Positions 26,731 to 40,402 of a stretch of 64,000 nucleotides of DNA are shown here, piece by piece (position 1 is the first letter of the stretch; every line of letters begins with the position of its first letter). Made by a program: the position numbers and the translations under genes. Below the pieces are notes generated by a model. That model was not told the DNA's origin, searched no databases, and was given only the letters and a program-made list of their open reading frames with translations. Source of the stretch: Octopus vulgaris (lineage: Eukaryota); NCBI GenBank assembly GCA_951406725.2, contig OX597814.1:101308001-101372000 (forward strand), in the 5' to 3' direction.

Positions 26731-28499
26731 TGTGTGTGCGTGCTCGTGTGTGTGTGTGTGTGGCGTGTGTGCGTGCGTATCTGGATAGATAAACACAGAG
26801 AGATAGAAACAGAGAGAGAACGCGTGTGTCTTAAGTGTTTTCTTTTTTTTTACGCGTGTACATGTGTATTTTTTCCTGCATAAATTTTGGTGTATATTCG
26901 TTGATGCATCTGTCCATCTGTATATATCTATGCATGGTTTTATATGCTCATATGTCTGTGCGTACGCATATATCTCTGTGTGGATATCTTGGGAAATATG
27001 AGTGCCTATATCTGTGATTCTTTGGCTGTGTACATCGCTGTCTGGTCTGTGTGCGTGATTGGTTACATTTCTCTGAGTGTAAGAGAGTCTGCACGAGTCT
27101 GCACGAGTCTGTGCACGTCCGTGTGTGTGTCTAAGTCTGTATGCGCAACTTTCTGCAGAGCTACGTCGAGTGCATGTGTTAATCTCTGCGTTTGAGCGTG
27201 AGCACTATTAAGTGGGTGGCATATTTTATTCCCTTAAACACTCTTGCCTTGGGCTGTATTCTAATCTAGATAGGAATTGCGGTTTTGTCATGTTGGCTAT
27301 TTCACACTATTAACCACTCCTTCCAACATCAAAGAAGAGTCAAATGATGAGATGTATTCTTGTGTATTGTTGTTATTTTTATTCAATATTAGAATGCGTC
27401 ATGCTTCTACTGCTACTGCTGCTGATGATGATGATGATCACGCTAATGATGATGATGCCGATGGTGATGCTAGTGGTGATGGTCTTTTATTTTCATCGTT
27501 CTGTTTATTGTTTAATTTGTTTGTTTAATTTTTGTTTTTGTTTTACTTTTTCAAATATTGTATCATTCTTTACTATCAATGCAAAGATTTAGAATTAATA
27601 ATTCAATGTTTCGTTCGTCTTCAAGTGGAGGGAAATATATTTTACTGTTAAAAGTATATATTATTTATATACTGGCCATAGCCTAATGACTGACACAAGT
27701 TAAAGGAAGAAGGAAAAGGTGTGTCTGAAATTTTACTTTTCTTCTGTAGGTTCAGCTTATTGTATCTCCAGCTGCTTTTTAATAGTTATCTTACCTCCAT
27801 CCTATTACTTCTATTTCTGTGGTTCTGTCAATCAGTTTCTAACACTTATAGTGATATTAAACACCTATGTAGACTCAACACAACAATTCAGTCTACCTGT
27901 TCTAGCAACCAAATTGTCATCAAACCATAACTATTGCCTTTATAACAGGAGCAAAACATCGAGTAATGTTGATCGATCTACACTATGATATGTTGCACCC
28001 TATATACCTATAAACAAGGTTCATTCCAGAAATTTTGAGATTTTTTCTGGAGAGACATTTATTTTCAGGGAAGTAGAAAACTCTTATCACTTTTAAAGCA
28101 TGTTCTTCTGACTTCAAACCATTTGTCGTAGCGCTCCAGCTATTTCGTGAAGGGTCTATGGCAGTCCTCCAAAATGAAAGTTACCTGGTCCCTTGTCACG
28201 ACCTTCATCTTCTCAGTGTTTTGAAAACAACTGCCCCTGATGTTTTCCTTCAGCTTGGGAATCAACAAAAAGTTACGGGAAGCAAGGTTTGGATTCTAGG
28301 AAGTTGAGATGACAGTCTTGATGCTTATCTCTGTCAAGTAGGTCATTACCAAAATGGAATTCTGACAATCAGTAGATTGTCAGAATTGTAGACAATCAGT
28401 AGTAGATTGCAGTGATGCGCAAACATTTTTCACTTCAAAATTCGGTGGCATATCCGAACTAAAAATATAACTAAAAGTATAGGGGAAAAAATATTCAAG

Positions 28500-28571
28500 T
28501 TAGACTGCGGCACACCTAGCATCGTATCGTGGAACACAAGTGTACCGTGGCATGCCGGTTGCGGAGCACTG
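28500..28571 (+). mobile_element. hAT-like MITE terminal fragment
   Basis: GCGGCACAC..GTGTACCGTGGCATGCCGGTTGCGGAGCACTG resembles Charlie-type ends (..GTTGRGAAMCACTG). Confidence 0.45.
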
Positions 28572-28729
28572 ATGTAATAGGCTGCAACGAGCAGTGTTGA
28601 GTAGGGCATATTAAAAGTGCTGTTAAAGCTGTCTCCTTCAGTCTAGAATAAAATTATTGCCGGTTCAGTTTTTTTAAATGTATAGTAACGATATACTAAA
28701 ATTCCAATAAACTAGGACAGTTATAACTG

Positions 28730-28900
28730 CAGTGATCCCTCGCCATATCGCGGTTTATTATTTGCACTTACAATAAAATAAGTATATACAAATTATAAAA
28801 GTAAACAAATATACGATTCAGTGCTGTTTCGACTTTGCGGATTTTCACCTATTGCGGTGTGTTTTGGAACGTAACACCTGCGATAGTCGAGGGATTACTG
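28730..28900. mobile_element. pogo/Tigger-like MITE (171 bp)
   Basis: TIRs CAGTGATCCCTCGCCATATCGCGG / CTGCGATAGTCGAGGGATTACTG, followed by TA. Confidence 0.8.
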
Positions 28901-29425
28901 TATATCTACTAAAAAAGTCTCAAAATCTTCTGGAACACACTTTGTATTTTAGCTAATATTGTAATGTAAAAGATAGATGTGAATACATTTTAATCACATT
29001 ATCTTAATATTTGATCGAAAAAATATAAAATATTAATTTAATAGATTAAAATACCGCAATGGTTCGAATGTGTATTATCATTTTTTTCTCTACTAGGATA
29101 TCGGGACCGATCTAGTCTAAACATTAACAATGCACATGCAAGTCAGGCCTGTAATACATTGTAAAGTTTTTCTTCTGCACACAATACAATTTATAACCAT
29201 CACCCGTTATCTCACCTTAACATTTAAAAGAAATATGTATATAGTTTTTTCCTTTTCCTTTTCTTTTTTTGCCTTTTTCCTTCTGGGACCCGTGAATGCA
29301 TAGAAAACCATGAAGACGCAATTCAAATGGCTTTTACAAGATGTATTAAGATGAACAAATATGCTGATGTACGAGAATGATTGATGGTGCTATATATATA
29401 TATATATATATATATACGTAAAATG

Positions 29426-29726
29426 TGAACGCAGCGGAGGCGGCTGTAGAAGGGAGGAGCGCGGGAAACGGAGCGCGTTCGCGAGGACCGGGACGGACAG
29501 GAGAGAGTAGAGGAGGGCGAGCTATCTGTCGATGACGAGCACGGGCACGTGCAGGCGTCCGGCGACATCCGCCAGTTGTGGTCGAGGGCACGACAGCGCG
29601 GCGGACAGCCACTCGGCCGACCAGCTCGTACCCCTTATAGTTGTTTTTCTCCACTGGGAGAGCACGACCACAGTTTAATCCCTTTCCACTCCGTTCTGCT
29701 CCGCATACTGAGACTTATTGCATACA
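29426..29726. mobile_element. Candidate solo LTR (301 bp)
   Basis: GC/CpG-rich island beginning TG and ending CA, flanked by a perfect 4-bp direct repeat AATG (29422-29425 and 29727-29730). Confidence 0.5.
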
Positions 29727-29839
29727 AATGTTCCTAACCGAGAAGAACCAAGGTTGCAATTCCTGAAGCTATCATAGACCGTCAGCGTGGTCTTTAACTT
29801 TTCTGTCTGTTAATAATAATAATGATGATGATGATTTCA

Positions 29840-30685
29840 TTTATTTTCCACAAGGGTGAAGGATGAGGAGCACAGTACAACGACGGACATAAAGTTTGGG
29901 GGTTTACATATAATGAAATGATAAGAAAAAATAAAGTAAGTATACACGGTACACACTGAAAAAGAAGGGACATATGCATAGCGTACAAATTTTAAGAATA
30001 AGATGATAGAGCTATGGCCCTCCTGATACAGAAAGGCCTCCAGGGATATTCGAGGAACCCCGCTGACCAAGATTTCCTGAAACACAAGAGCAAGTGTCCT
30101 CTCCTATTCCTTCTCTCCGACTCTCCGGTATACACTAAGAGTTGCCTTTTTCGCAACTTTCATCCAACTTTCAATAAACTCACTCGAGGACAGCGGTTTC
30201 CTCTCGACCCACAATTTCCTTATCAAGTGAACCTTGAAGAAGTCAATGATAGCTCTACCAAGGAGAAATGTATCTGTCCTCATGCCTTTCAGCCTTGTCC
30301 ACTTATAATTCAGTCTCTTTCGCCACAGTCATCAGGCAAAGGAAAACTGCCTTGCCTTCCCGAGTTAATGAGGGCAGCGGTGCGATCATCACTACAGACT
30401 CAGCCGACAGACGTGCAGAACGGTTTTGTCACTCTGCGCGCACCTCGGAAAACCCATCTGACAGCACATTCATGCCTGTAAAGTTTATCTCGAACTGGTA
30501 GCGCCACCCTCCCCGCCGGTAGCACTGCCAGGCCAAGGACATCTGGGAATTAACCATGATAGTTTCCGACCGGAAAGTCCCCGGGACAGACTAGCCAGTT
30601 CGTTCACGTCGGTGCCCAGAATCTCCCCGAGAACGTCGTCGCACTTCCCGCCACTAATCCTCTATAAATTTCTCAAGAAGAACAT
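29840..30685 (-). mobile_element. 5'-truncated Tx1/L1-like LINE (C-terminus and 3' UTR)
   Basis: Minus strand aligns by eye with 11020-11900 (TTTATAGAGGATTAG..CCAGTTCGAGATAAACTTTACAGGC..GTGCTGTCAGATGG); knuckle remnant PRCAQSDKTVLH. Confidence 0.8.
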
Positions 30686-30702
30686 CCAATAATAATAATA
30701 AT

Positions 30703-31330
30703 TACTCATGTAGTAAGTGAATGTGGTATGCTACTCATATAGTAAGTGAATGTAGCATGCTGGTATAGAAGGAGTCCAAGTAAAGAGATGACAACCTAGG
30801 GAGAGTAATCCACTGGGAGTTATGTAGAAAGATAGGATTTGGACATTGATAAATGGTATGAACATGAACCTGGTAAAGTACAAGAAAGTTAGAAATATAA
30901 GATGTTGTGGAACTTTAACATTATGACTGACAGAGTAATAGAAGCTAGAAGACCTGATTTAGTAGTAGTAGATAAAGAGAATAGAAAGTGCTAGATAATT
31001 GACTTTACAATCCCAAATGATGAAAAACATCAATATGAGAGATATGGAATAAAATAGCGAAGTACCAGGACCTAGCTATTGAATTATATAGAATAGGGAA
31101 AGTACAGGTAAAATGTAACCCAGTAGTTAAAGGTGCATGAGGAACCATCCCTAAACATCTGAACAGACGGATAGAGGAAATGGGCATAAAACCCATTTCC
31201 AGAAATCAGTGTTATTAGTGACAGCTAGGATACTTAAAAGGGTCCTTGGCGCCTAAGATTATTTGTTGTAGTTCAATGTTAGGATTTTTCTTTTCCAACC
31301 TGTTGTGAGAGCATGAAAATAAAAATAATA
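30703..31330 (+). mobile_element. R4/Dong-like retrotransposon 3' end (restriction-like endonuclease)
   Basis: HIVSEC knuckle (within a 29-bp duplication), KWYEHEPGKV, LWNFNIMTDRVIEARRPDLVVVDK, KIAKYQDL, QKSVLLVTARILKRVL. Confidence 0.85.
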
Positions 31331-31495
31331 ATCTTTTCTATTGAAAGTACACGACCTGCAATTTGGCGGGAGGGAACTAGTCGATTACATCGACCCCAGT
31401 ACTTCGGCGGAATTTGAACTCAGAACGTATCAACGGGCGCAATACCGCTATGCATTTCGCCCAGCATACAAACGATTCTGCCAGCTCGCTTCTTC

Positions 31496-31528
<33 letters not shown>

Positions 31529-31686
31529 CCTTTCTACCATAGGCACAAGGTCTGATATTTTGGGCAAGGAGTTAAGTCGATCACATCGACCCCAGTGTTT
31601 CACAGGTACTTAATTTACCGTTGAAAGGCAAAGCCAACCTCAGCAGAAGTTGAACTCGGAATGCATAAAGCTAAAAGAATTACTGC

Positions 31687-31690
<4 letters not shown>
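31330..31690 (-). mobile_element. Two MetaSINE-like copies separated by (TAA)n
   Basis: GTCGATYACATCGACCCCAGT..TTGAACTCRGAA motifs. Confidence 0.75.
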
Positions 31691-31762
<72 letters not shown>

Positions 31763-33173
31763 GATAAATAAATAAACAAATATCAACGAAAACCGCAGAT
31801 GTATTCGTTGTGTCAACTATCATTAGTGTGTAGGTAAAGGGATTTTCGTGAGTTTGATGATAAATTTAACATGAGAATCCGTATGAAAGGGAGAGAAAAA
31901 AAGTAATATTTAATTTTTAACGATTGATATAAATATTTGATTCCATAAAAAAATTCTATTTTATATAACACATTATAACAAATGGCTGTTATAGATGAAA
32001 TGTTGTTGATGTTATTAAAAAAATTGGATGAAAGAAGAAATGATAAAAAATAATAATAAACAAGAAATTAAATGGAAGGTGAAAAAAAGAGCGAAAAGTG
32101 ATATTAAAATAGGAAAAATGATATCAAAATATGAAAGATAAAATAAAGATGGCGGTGATTAAACGTTGGAGGGTAAACGAGATGAAATTTGAAACGCAAA
32201 AGTAAAATATAAATATGGTACACTCTGATTTTTTAATGTTCAAAGCCAACCAGCATTTTTTGCCGGTTGTCAATAGCAACTCCTATTTTCTTTTTAAAAA
32301 TGTGTTTTAAACGTGAATACCTCTCTCGTTCTCCATCTCTTATCACCCTTCATTGCCTCATCCTCATCTTTCTTCACTGCCTACTTCTGATTTTTTTCTA
32401 TCTTTTCTTCGCTTCTTCCAGTTTTATTCTCTTCTTTCCCTGAATCACTTCTTTTATTCCTTTTCTTCTCACCCTTCTGTTCTTTTTTAGAGAATAGATG
32501 AAGTCCAACATTAAATTATTATTTATTAATTTCATTTTATGTTTGAATATTATTCTTCGTCACTACTAGCCTCCGCCAATAGATGATGGAGTCTGGTTCT
32601 TTTCAGTTGTTAACTCCTTTCTTTTTAATTCATCATTTTATGTTTTCCTTCAAGAGCACCGTAGCATGAATGTATTGTGAAGTAGCTACTGGAGTAAGAA
32701 CCATTATTCATATAAATGTCATTAATATAATGATAGAAGAAAACATACGATATTCAATATCTCTTCGCAAATAGGATTTTTTTTTCCAGCATAGCTATCA
32801 TTACTTTTGAGTACTAACGACAAACACATTTGGAGCAGTGTTGAGTTAAAGTTTATCCCTCCGGAAATCCAGCGATACCCTGGACGTAGTCCTGCTTATG
32901 AAACATTAGGCGCGGGTATGTGATTAAAAATTTGTCTTCACAACCACCTTGTTTCGAGTTCGAACTTTAAACGCAGAACATTTGACAAGTGTTTTTTATC
33001 ATCGTTTCAGCTTTAAGTAATGCCTTGTGTGCGGAATTTGAAAGGTGAATACTCACACACACACACACATACAAATGCATTTATGTATTTTTATGTTTAT
33101 TTATAATAAAACCAATTTTGCATATATCTGCTGGGTTGCTCTATACTTTTGCAGAGTATAAATTTATTATTCT

Positions 33174-33226
33174 CAAACAAGTATATTTCTGGCTGTGACT
33201 TTCAGTTAAGCCATCATCGGATTGCA
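33174..33226 (-). ncRNA. Degenerate hammerhead-like motif
   Basis: Minus strand: CCGAUGA-UGGCU..AGCCA-GAAA-UAUACUU; perfect 5-bp stem II, stems I and III decayed. Confidence 0.35.
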
Positions 33227-33387
33227 ATGCATTAGAGTTAATATTGGCTTTATATAGTCCATGTCGTGTTGAAACCTTATTTGAGTAATTAGATTTTAGA
33301 GTGGATTGTTCTTGATTTAATTTGGGGTTACGTTATTCATCATATAATTTCTTTTACTTTTCAAATTTTAGTATTTTATATACGTAT

Positions 33388-33455
<68 letters not shown>

Positions 33456-33743
33456 GTTTGTGTGGATATGCGTGTGTGCTCAAACATGCAAATACTATTG
33501 CATATAAGCATTCTCATCTTGGTAAATTCTAGCAATTAAGTCTAGAAAGTTTTGAAATTCACTCTCTATTTCTTTCAAGTGCTTTGAAAACTTCCTCGCA
33601 CGCTTGCGCCAGAGATCTATGGTTACAGACATAAATCCACTGTAGCAATACTGCTACGAATGGGAATTTAAGAGAGATATGTGCGTTATTATATGGCTGC
33701 AATACATACATACATACAGACAGACATACTTACATACACACAC

Positions 33744-33804
<61 letters not shown>

Positions 33805-33807
<3 letters not shown>

Positions 33808-34080
33808 GAATGCGTAATCTGATAAATAAGTATCCGGACTGTTGTCATAGTAACGAAGCTAAAGCACACAGAGTAAAGCTGCTGGGACAAGATTTTACGT
33901 TCAAATCTGTTGTGCATGCGCACTAAGTTTTAACGCTTTAGCTCACTTCAACTGTGTATAGCAGTGCTTGAAAGGAACGTGTGTAGCGTGTGATTGTTGC
34001 ATTGACCATGACAGAGAAAGTTGAGCAGAGAATCTCAAGCTTGGCGATACCTGGTCAGAGACCTACGCAAAGCTTTAAAA
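33805..34080 (+). mobile_element. Mariner 5' end and transposase N-terminus fragment
   Basis: ATG at ~34008 gives MTEKVEQRI, then (frameshift) KLGDTWSETYAKL, matching the mariner EQRxxIKF..KLG..ETY N-terminal pattern. Confidence 0.7.
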
Positions 34081-34871
34081 AATTTATCATAGTCCTCGAC
34101 ACAATCAAGTAGATCTCGTGCAACTGAAACCCGAGTTATATATATCGGGCTCATTACATGTTTCATATAAGATATATGCCTACTCGAAGAATTTCACGTT
34201 TTTGCACAATAAGTTATCACTATGTCTTTCTCCATTTGTAAGTTAAGGGTAAAAATCAAATAGCCCTGCAAAGCACAACTGATCTTTTCACACAGACGCA
34301 CAGAATAACAACAATCAAATAACGACAGCGGAGTGCACAACAAACATCAGCGATCTGACTGTCGCCTGTACTCTTGACAAGATACACCAGTTAGTGTTTT
34401 ACACCTACCACGCTTGTTTGTACTTGCCCGAGTTGCTAGATAATTTTTCGTCCCTTTAATAATATTGTAAAAGGGAAACTTTTCATGGATTAGTATTTCA
34501 ATCCTTATCTCTATAGGGATGTATTGTTTCAAGTAATTTGAACTATTTATAATTTTTACGAATATACATATCAATTCGGATTGTAACTTCTCAGCCTGAG
34601 CCAGGTGCGTTTGAACGATGTTGAGAGAATGTCTGTTACAAATGATATTTTTTGATACAGGGCACTTCTTGAACGACCGACAGTCGCTGAACGAAAATAA
34701 AGTAGCTGCGAGGAAGCTCAATAATAAGAGCCCGAGTTATTGACCGAAATTACATACTTGAAGTCAGTGTTGGCAGAATTTAAATCAGTTTGCAAATACA
34801 CGTTCACTTTAGTAAATTTATACTCGCACCTAGTCCGAACAGCCCGAGTGCCGGAGTCGCCACTAATAAAA

Positions 34872-34936
<65 letters not shown>

Positions 34937-35053
34937 ATAGTGGTACAATAATGCACCAATATCTACTGGAAAGAGCAATAGCAGTCGATAATATACGACG
35001 TTATAGTAAAGCTTTACTGTGTATATATACTTTAACCTGATGGTGTATTGCAT

Positions 35054-35183
<130 letters not shown>

Positions 35184-35311
35184 TTTTATTTTTTCATTCT
35201 ATTATTAGTTCCCGTCATTTGACTTCGGCTATGCTGAGAGCACCGCCTTAAACGGTATTGGTCGACGACATCGACACCAGGACTTATTCTTTGTAATGAG
35301 TATTCATCACC

Positions 35312-35351
35312 ACTGTCCGACTAACGGGAGTGTGAAACTCTGAGTAACAGA
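35312..35351 (+). ncRNA. Degenerate hammerhead, same family as 8242-8283
   Basis: CUGU-CCGACUA-AC-GGGAGU-GU-GAAA-CUCUGAG-UA-ACAG; core mutated; the downstream ~100 bp is homologous to 8285-8380. Confidence 0.4.
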
Positions 35352-35571
35352 TTTGTGAAAATTTTGTAGCTTAAATGAAAGCATATTACTCTACCTCTGG
35401 TATTCGAGTACTATATTTTCTTCAACCTTGTTGTGCATTTATGTACATGTATGTATGTATGTATGTATGTATGTATGTATGTATGTATGTATGTATGTAT
35501 GTATGTATGTATGTATGTATGTATGTGTGTAATCATGTATGTATGGATGGATGTATCTATGTCTCTATCTA

Positions 35572-35633
<62 letters not shown>

Positions 35634-36124
35634 GCTCATACATTTATAAAAGCAAATATATGTAATATACACAAACAAGAAATGTATAGAGGAAAATAAG
35701 TAATAAATTATGAATGCAGTAAATTATTTAGCCACAATTTTTTGCATACACGTTATGGGTGTGGATAATGTGAATGCATTTGTGCGTGAGTGACCGTATC
35801 TACGTATACGCTTGCAAAAGTTTCTATAGTTCTGCATGTCTATTCGTGTTTTTCTAATGGTAATAGCCTACGAGTGGGGAGCAGCGTACCTCTGCGCAGG
35901 CGAGTTGCAATATATGTGTGCATGAATGTATGCAGATGAGTCTGAATATAAATCTATTAATGTGAGTGTGAGTGCACCTATTAATATAAGAGAACATGGG
36001 AGGAGAATGGAAGTGAGCCCATTTATGATAATAAATTTGGGGTCACATTTACGCATGTACCTATAGAAAAACAAGCCTGCATATATGCATACACGCATAT
36101 ATATATATCGTATGCATGTATGTG

Positions 36125-36208
<84 letters not shown>

Positions 36209-36213
36209 CAGAC

Positions 36214-36290
<77 letters not shown>

Positions 36291-36433
36291 TATAGATATA
36301 TATGTATTGGCGCAGGAGTGACTGTGTGGTAAGTAGCTTGCTTATATATATTTATTATGAATATATATATATACATATATACATATATACATATATATGC
36401 ATATATAGGTATTCATGCATATATATGTATCTC

Positions 36434-36526
<93 letters not shown>

Positions 36527-36554
36527 GTATATAGATACATATATATACATATAA

Positions 36555-36904
36555 ATTAAATAATGAGGGTAGAAATTGATATCAATCAATTAACATCAAT
36601 TCAAACCAGTAGTCTAGTATATTTAAAATGAAAATCCAAAGATTCAAAAATTATATTACAGTTAATAAGAGAAGTGACCACTATAGGGGATTCCTAATAT
36701 GCTAAAGATAGACGTCAAATTGCCCTACCACGAAGAGAGCGTTCTCAAGGATAATCTCAGCAAAAACGCCAGAAAGCAAAAATGAACATTCTGACGTTTT
36801 TTACTGAGATTTTTCTTGAGAGCACACTCTTCGTGTTTAGGAGATTTGACGTCTATCTTTAGCATATTAAGAATCCACTTTAGTGGTCATTCCTCTTATT
36901 AACT
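36555..36904. mobile_element. Foldback element between (TA)n tracts, related to the 533-bp array unit
   Basis: ~115-bp inverted arms 36660-36774 and 36789-36904; shares TAA(T)RAGGGT(G)AGA and ATAAGAGA..GTGRYCACTATA with the array unit. Confidence 0.7.
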
Positions 36905-36929
36905 ATTATATATACATACATATATATAC

Positions 36930-36984
<55 letters not shown>

Positions 36985-37787
36985 TATATACACATATACA
37001 TATATACATATATAAGCATATATGCATATTCATACGTATCTATATATATGTATATATGCGTGCATATATATATGTGTGTGTATATGTGTGTATTCGTGCC
37101 TATATATGTGTGTGTGCATATATATACGTGTATATATATATATATATATATATAAAGAGAGAGAGAGAGAGAGAACTGTATAAATACATATGATGCCTGC
37201 ACATATATTTCTGCGTTTCGTGTATGTGAGAGAAAGAACACGCATTCGCTCGTGTGTATATGTGTACTTACAAGCATATATGTGTGTGTGTGTGTGTGTG
37301 TGTTTGTGTGTGTCTGCGTCTGTGTGTATGTGCGTGCGTGCAAGTGTGTACGTGTGTGTCGAAAGGGTGGCTGTTTTGTCGGAGTAAAAAAAAAATGAAT
37401 GAAAGAAAGAAAGAAAAAAGAACGGGGAATTAAAATTGAGAGATGAGACGGAATTAATAACGCAAACAAGCGGAATAGGTTTAAATAATGCAGCTATTTG
37501 TCGACCACGCCCACAGCGTTAGTAAGGCAGAATAGCTAAGTGAATGGGCAGAGAGTCATATAACGTGGGATGGAGCAGTGATGAAGCAATAGAATGACTG
37601 CTACCTTTTTATTAAACAACATAGCACAATATTTAGCTGAAACCTTTTCCCGCGCTTTCTTTCACAATTTTGTTTTGGTTGTGGTTCTGTTATTGCTGTT
37701 GTTGTTCTTTCTGTTGTTAAGCCTCAAGGTTGGTCCCGATTGAGCTGATATGCATTATCAAAGTTGTTCCACCCGTTCTAATCCGAC

Positions 37788-37789
<2 letters not shown>

Positions 37790-37835
<46 letters not shown>

Positions 37836-37980
37836 ATTTGTGCGTGTGTGTGTGTGTGTGTGTGCGTTTGTGTATGTGTGTATGTGTGTGTGTGTGTGTA
37901 TAGAGAGAAGAGAGAAAGAGAGAAAATGGGGAGAGAGAGATAGCGGGGAGAGACCAACAGAGAGACAGACAGATAGATTA

Positions 37981-38069
<89 letters not shown>

Positions 38070-38085
38070 TAGACAGACAGACAGT

Positions 38086-38172
<87 letters not shown>
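37790..38172. repeat. (TG)n, (GA)n and (GATA/GACA)n microsatellite block
   Basis: Directly visible. Confidence 0.95.
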
Positions 38173-38173
<1 letters not shown>

Positions 38174-38279
38174 CTTTTCCGTTGTCAAATATTCTGTAAT
38201 GACTCTATAATCGGACTGCGATTATGCTGAAGAACAGCCTTCGTGAGGTTAGTCGTTCTTGTTAACTATACTAATAATT

Positions 38280-39660
38280 TTTAGCACATGGCCAACGATT
38301 TCAGCCGTGGATGGATGAATAAGTCGATTACAACGAGACTCCAGTGATACTCATTTTATCAACCCCAAAAGAATGAAAGGCAAGTTGGAATTTGAACTCA
38401 GAACGTAAAGACAGTCGAAATACCTATTTCTTTACTACCCACAAGGGACTAAACACAGAGAGGGCAAACAAGGACAGACAAACGGATTAAGTCGATTATA
38501 TCGACCCCAGTGCGTAACTGGTACTTATTTAATCGATCCCGAAAGGATGAAAGGCAAAGTCGACCTCGGCGGGATTTGAACTCAGAACGTAGCGGCAGTC
38601 GAAATACCTATTTCTTTACTACCCACAAGGAGATAAACACAGAGAGGACAAACAAGGACAGACAAACAGATTAAGTCGATTATATCGACCCCAGTGCGAA
38701 ACTGGTACCCGAAAGGATGAAAGGCAAAGTCGACCTTGGTAGAATTTGAACTCAGAACGTAGCGGTAGACGAAATACTGCAAAGCATTTCGCCCTGCGTG
38801 CTAACGTATCTGCCAGCTCGCCGCCTCTTTTTAGTACATGGCCAACGATTTCAGACGTAGGTGGGTGGATTAGTCGAACTACTGCTAAGCATTTCGCATA
38901 GCGTGCTAACGAAACAATCAGCTAACCGCCTCACAATAGTATTAATATTCTTTCTACTATAGGCACAGGGCCTGAATTTTTTTGTGGGGTTGTTTAAGAC
39001 GATTACATCGACTCCAGTACTCAACTGGTACTTGATTTATCGACCCCGAAAGGATGAAAGGCAAAGTCGACCTTGGTAGAATTTGAACTCAGAACGTGGC
39101 GACGGGCGAAACACTGCTAAGCATTTCGTCCAGCGTGCTAACGGTTCTGCCAGCTAGCTGTCCTCACTAAAGTATTACTATTGGTTTCAAATGTAAGCTC
39201 AATGCCAGCAACTTTGCAGAGGGGATAAGTCGATAACGTTGACCCCAGTGCTCGACAGGTACTTATCTTACAGACCTAGAAAGGATAAAAAGTAAAGTCG
39301 GCCTCGGAGGAATTTTGAACTTAGAACGTAACAATGGATGAAATGCTGCAAACATTTTGTCCAGTCGCCAAAGCTTTAGAAGTAATATCAAGAGTGATAG
39401 TAAGGTGGAGAACTGGTAAAATCGTAAGCACGCCGGGCGAAATGCTTACGTTCTAAGTTCAAATTCTACCGATGTCGACTTTGTCTTTCATCCTTACAGG
39501 GTCGATAAAATTAGTACTAGTGACGCACTGGGGTCGATGAAATTGACTTACCCCACTTTCCCAAACTTGCTGGCATTAGGCCAAAATTTTAAACCAATAT
39601 TAATTGTAATAGTAGTCGCTTTAAACTCTCCTCAGAATTGCTGGCCTTGTGCAAAAAACT
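38280..39660. mobile_element. Dense MetaSINE-like cluster (minus copies 38280-39360, plus copy 39403-39600)
   Basis: Repeated GAAAGGATGAAAGGCAAAGTCGACC..TTTGAACTCAGAACG modules. Confidence 0.9.
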
Positions 39661-40260
39661 CGAAATTAATATCAGTTGTGTTACTTAACCGTTATATTAC
39701 ATGACATAAACATATACAAACGTGGTTACGTGCTAGCCACAGATACGTAGGCATAAAAACACACAAACGTGCATATATACATATCTGACCATTTCCGGCG
39801 CCAACTGAAGAAACTAAAACTTCGTGCTTGCCATTACCCAAACCTGTGATATTTTAGTTACATTTGTAAATTTTTTGCCGATAAATATATAGATATACAA
39901 ATGAGTATGGGTGTACAAACAGACAGATAGATATATTGATAAATAGATACATATATAAACATACAAATATATGTATATATATATATATGCTTCTATATAC
40001 ATGTGTGTGTGTACTTGTCTGTGAATTCGTGCATGTATGTATGAATTTGGATGTCAGACGCAAATCCGCACTCCACATCATACACGCATTTTTAACATTT
40101 ACATGTGTGTGCGTGCATGTGCGTATGTATCTGTGTATCTTCGTATCTGCGCATTTACATATATATAGTTCAAATTTACAAAAAAAAAACAAAAGACGAA
40201 AACAGGTGTAGGAACAATATGCAGCTGTATAAGTTTGACCCTTGGGAAAAATGAAAAAGT

Positions 40261-40297
40261 CATTTACGTTTCGAACCAACGCTCTTCGACAGAAATG
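40261..40297 (-). ncRNA. Minimal Penelope-type hammerhead variant
   Basis: Minus strand: CAUUU-CUGUCGAA-GAGC-GUUG-GUUC-GAAA-CG-UA-AAUG; non-canonical core, ACGU palindrome. Confidence 0.35.
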
Positions 40298-40363
40298 AAT
40301 AAGAGGAATATATATATAAAGATAGATATACAGGCAGGCAGGCAGACAGACATATATAGATAT

Positions 40364-40402
<39 letters not shown>

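Larger units (their letters stand above)
28013..28946. mobile_element. Internally deleted mariner-like element with TIRs, hosting nested insertions
   Basis: Left AACAAGGTTCATTCCAGAAATTTTGAGATTTTT vs right AAAAGTCTCAAAATCTTCTGGAACACACTTTGTA (imperfect inverted ~33 bp); decayed transposase-like sequence on the minus strand. Confidence 0.7.

Noticed and set aside
39800-39835. CTGAAGA motif as a hammerhead
   Set aside because: No GAAA box or NUH site in register.
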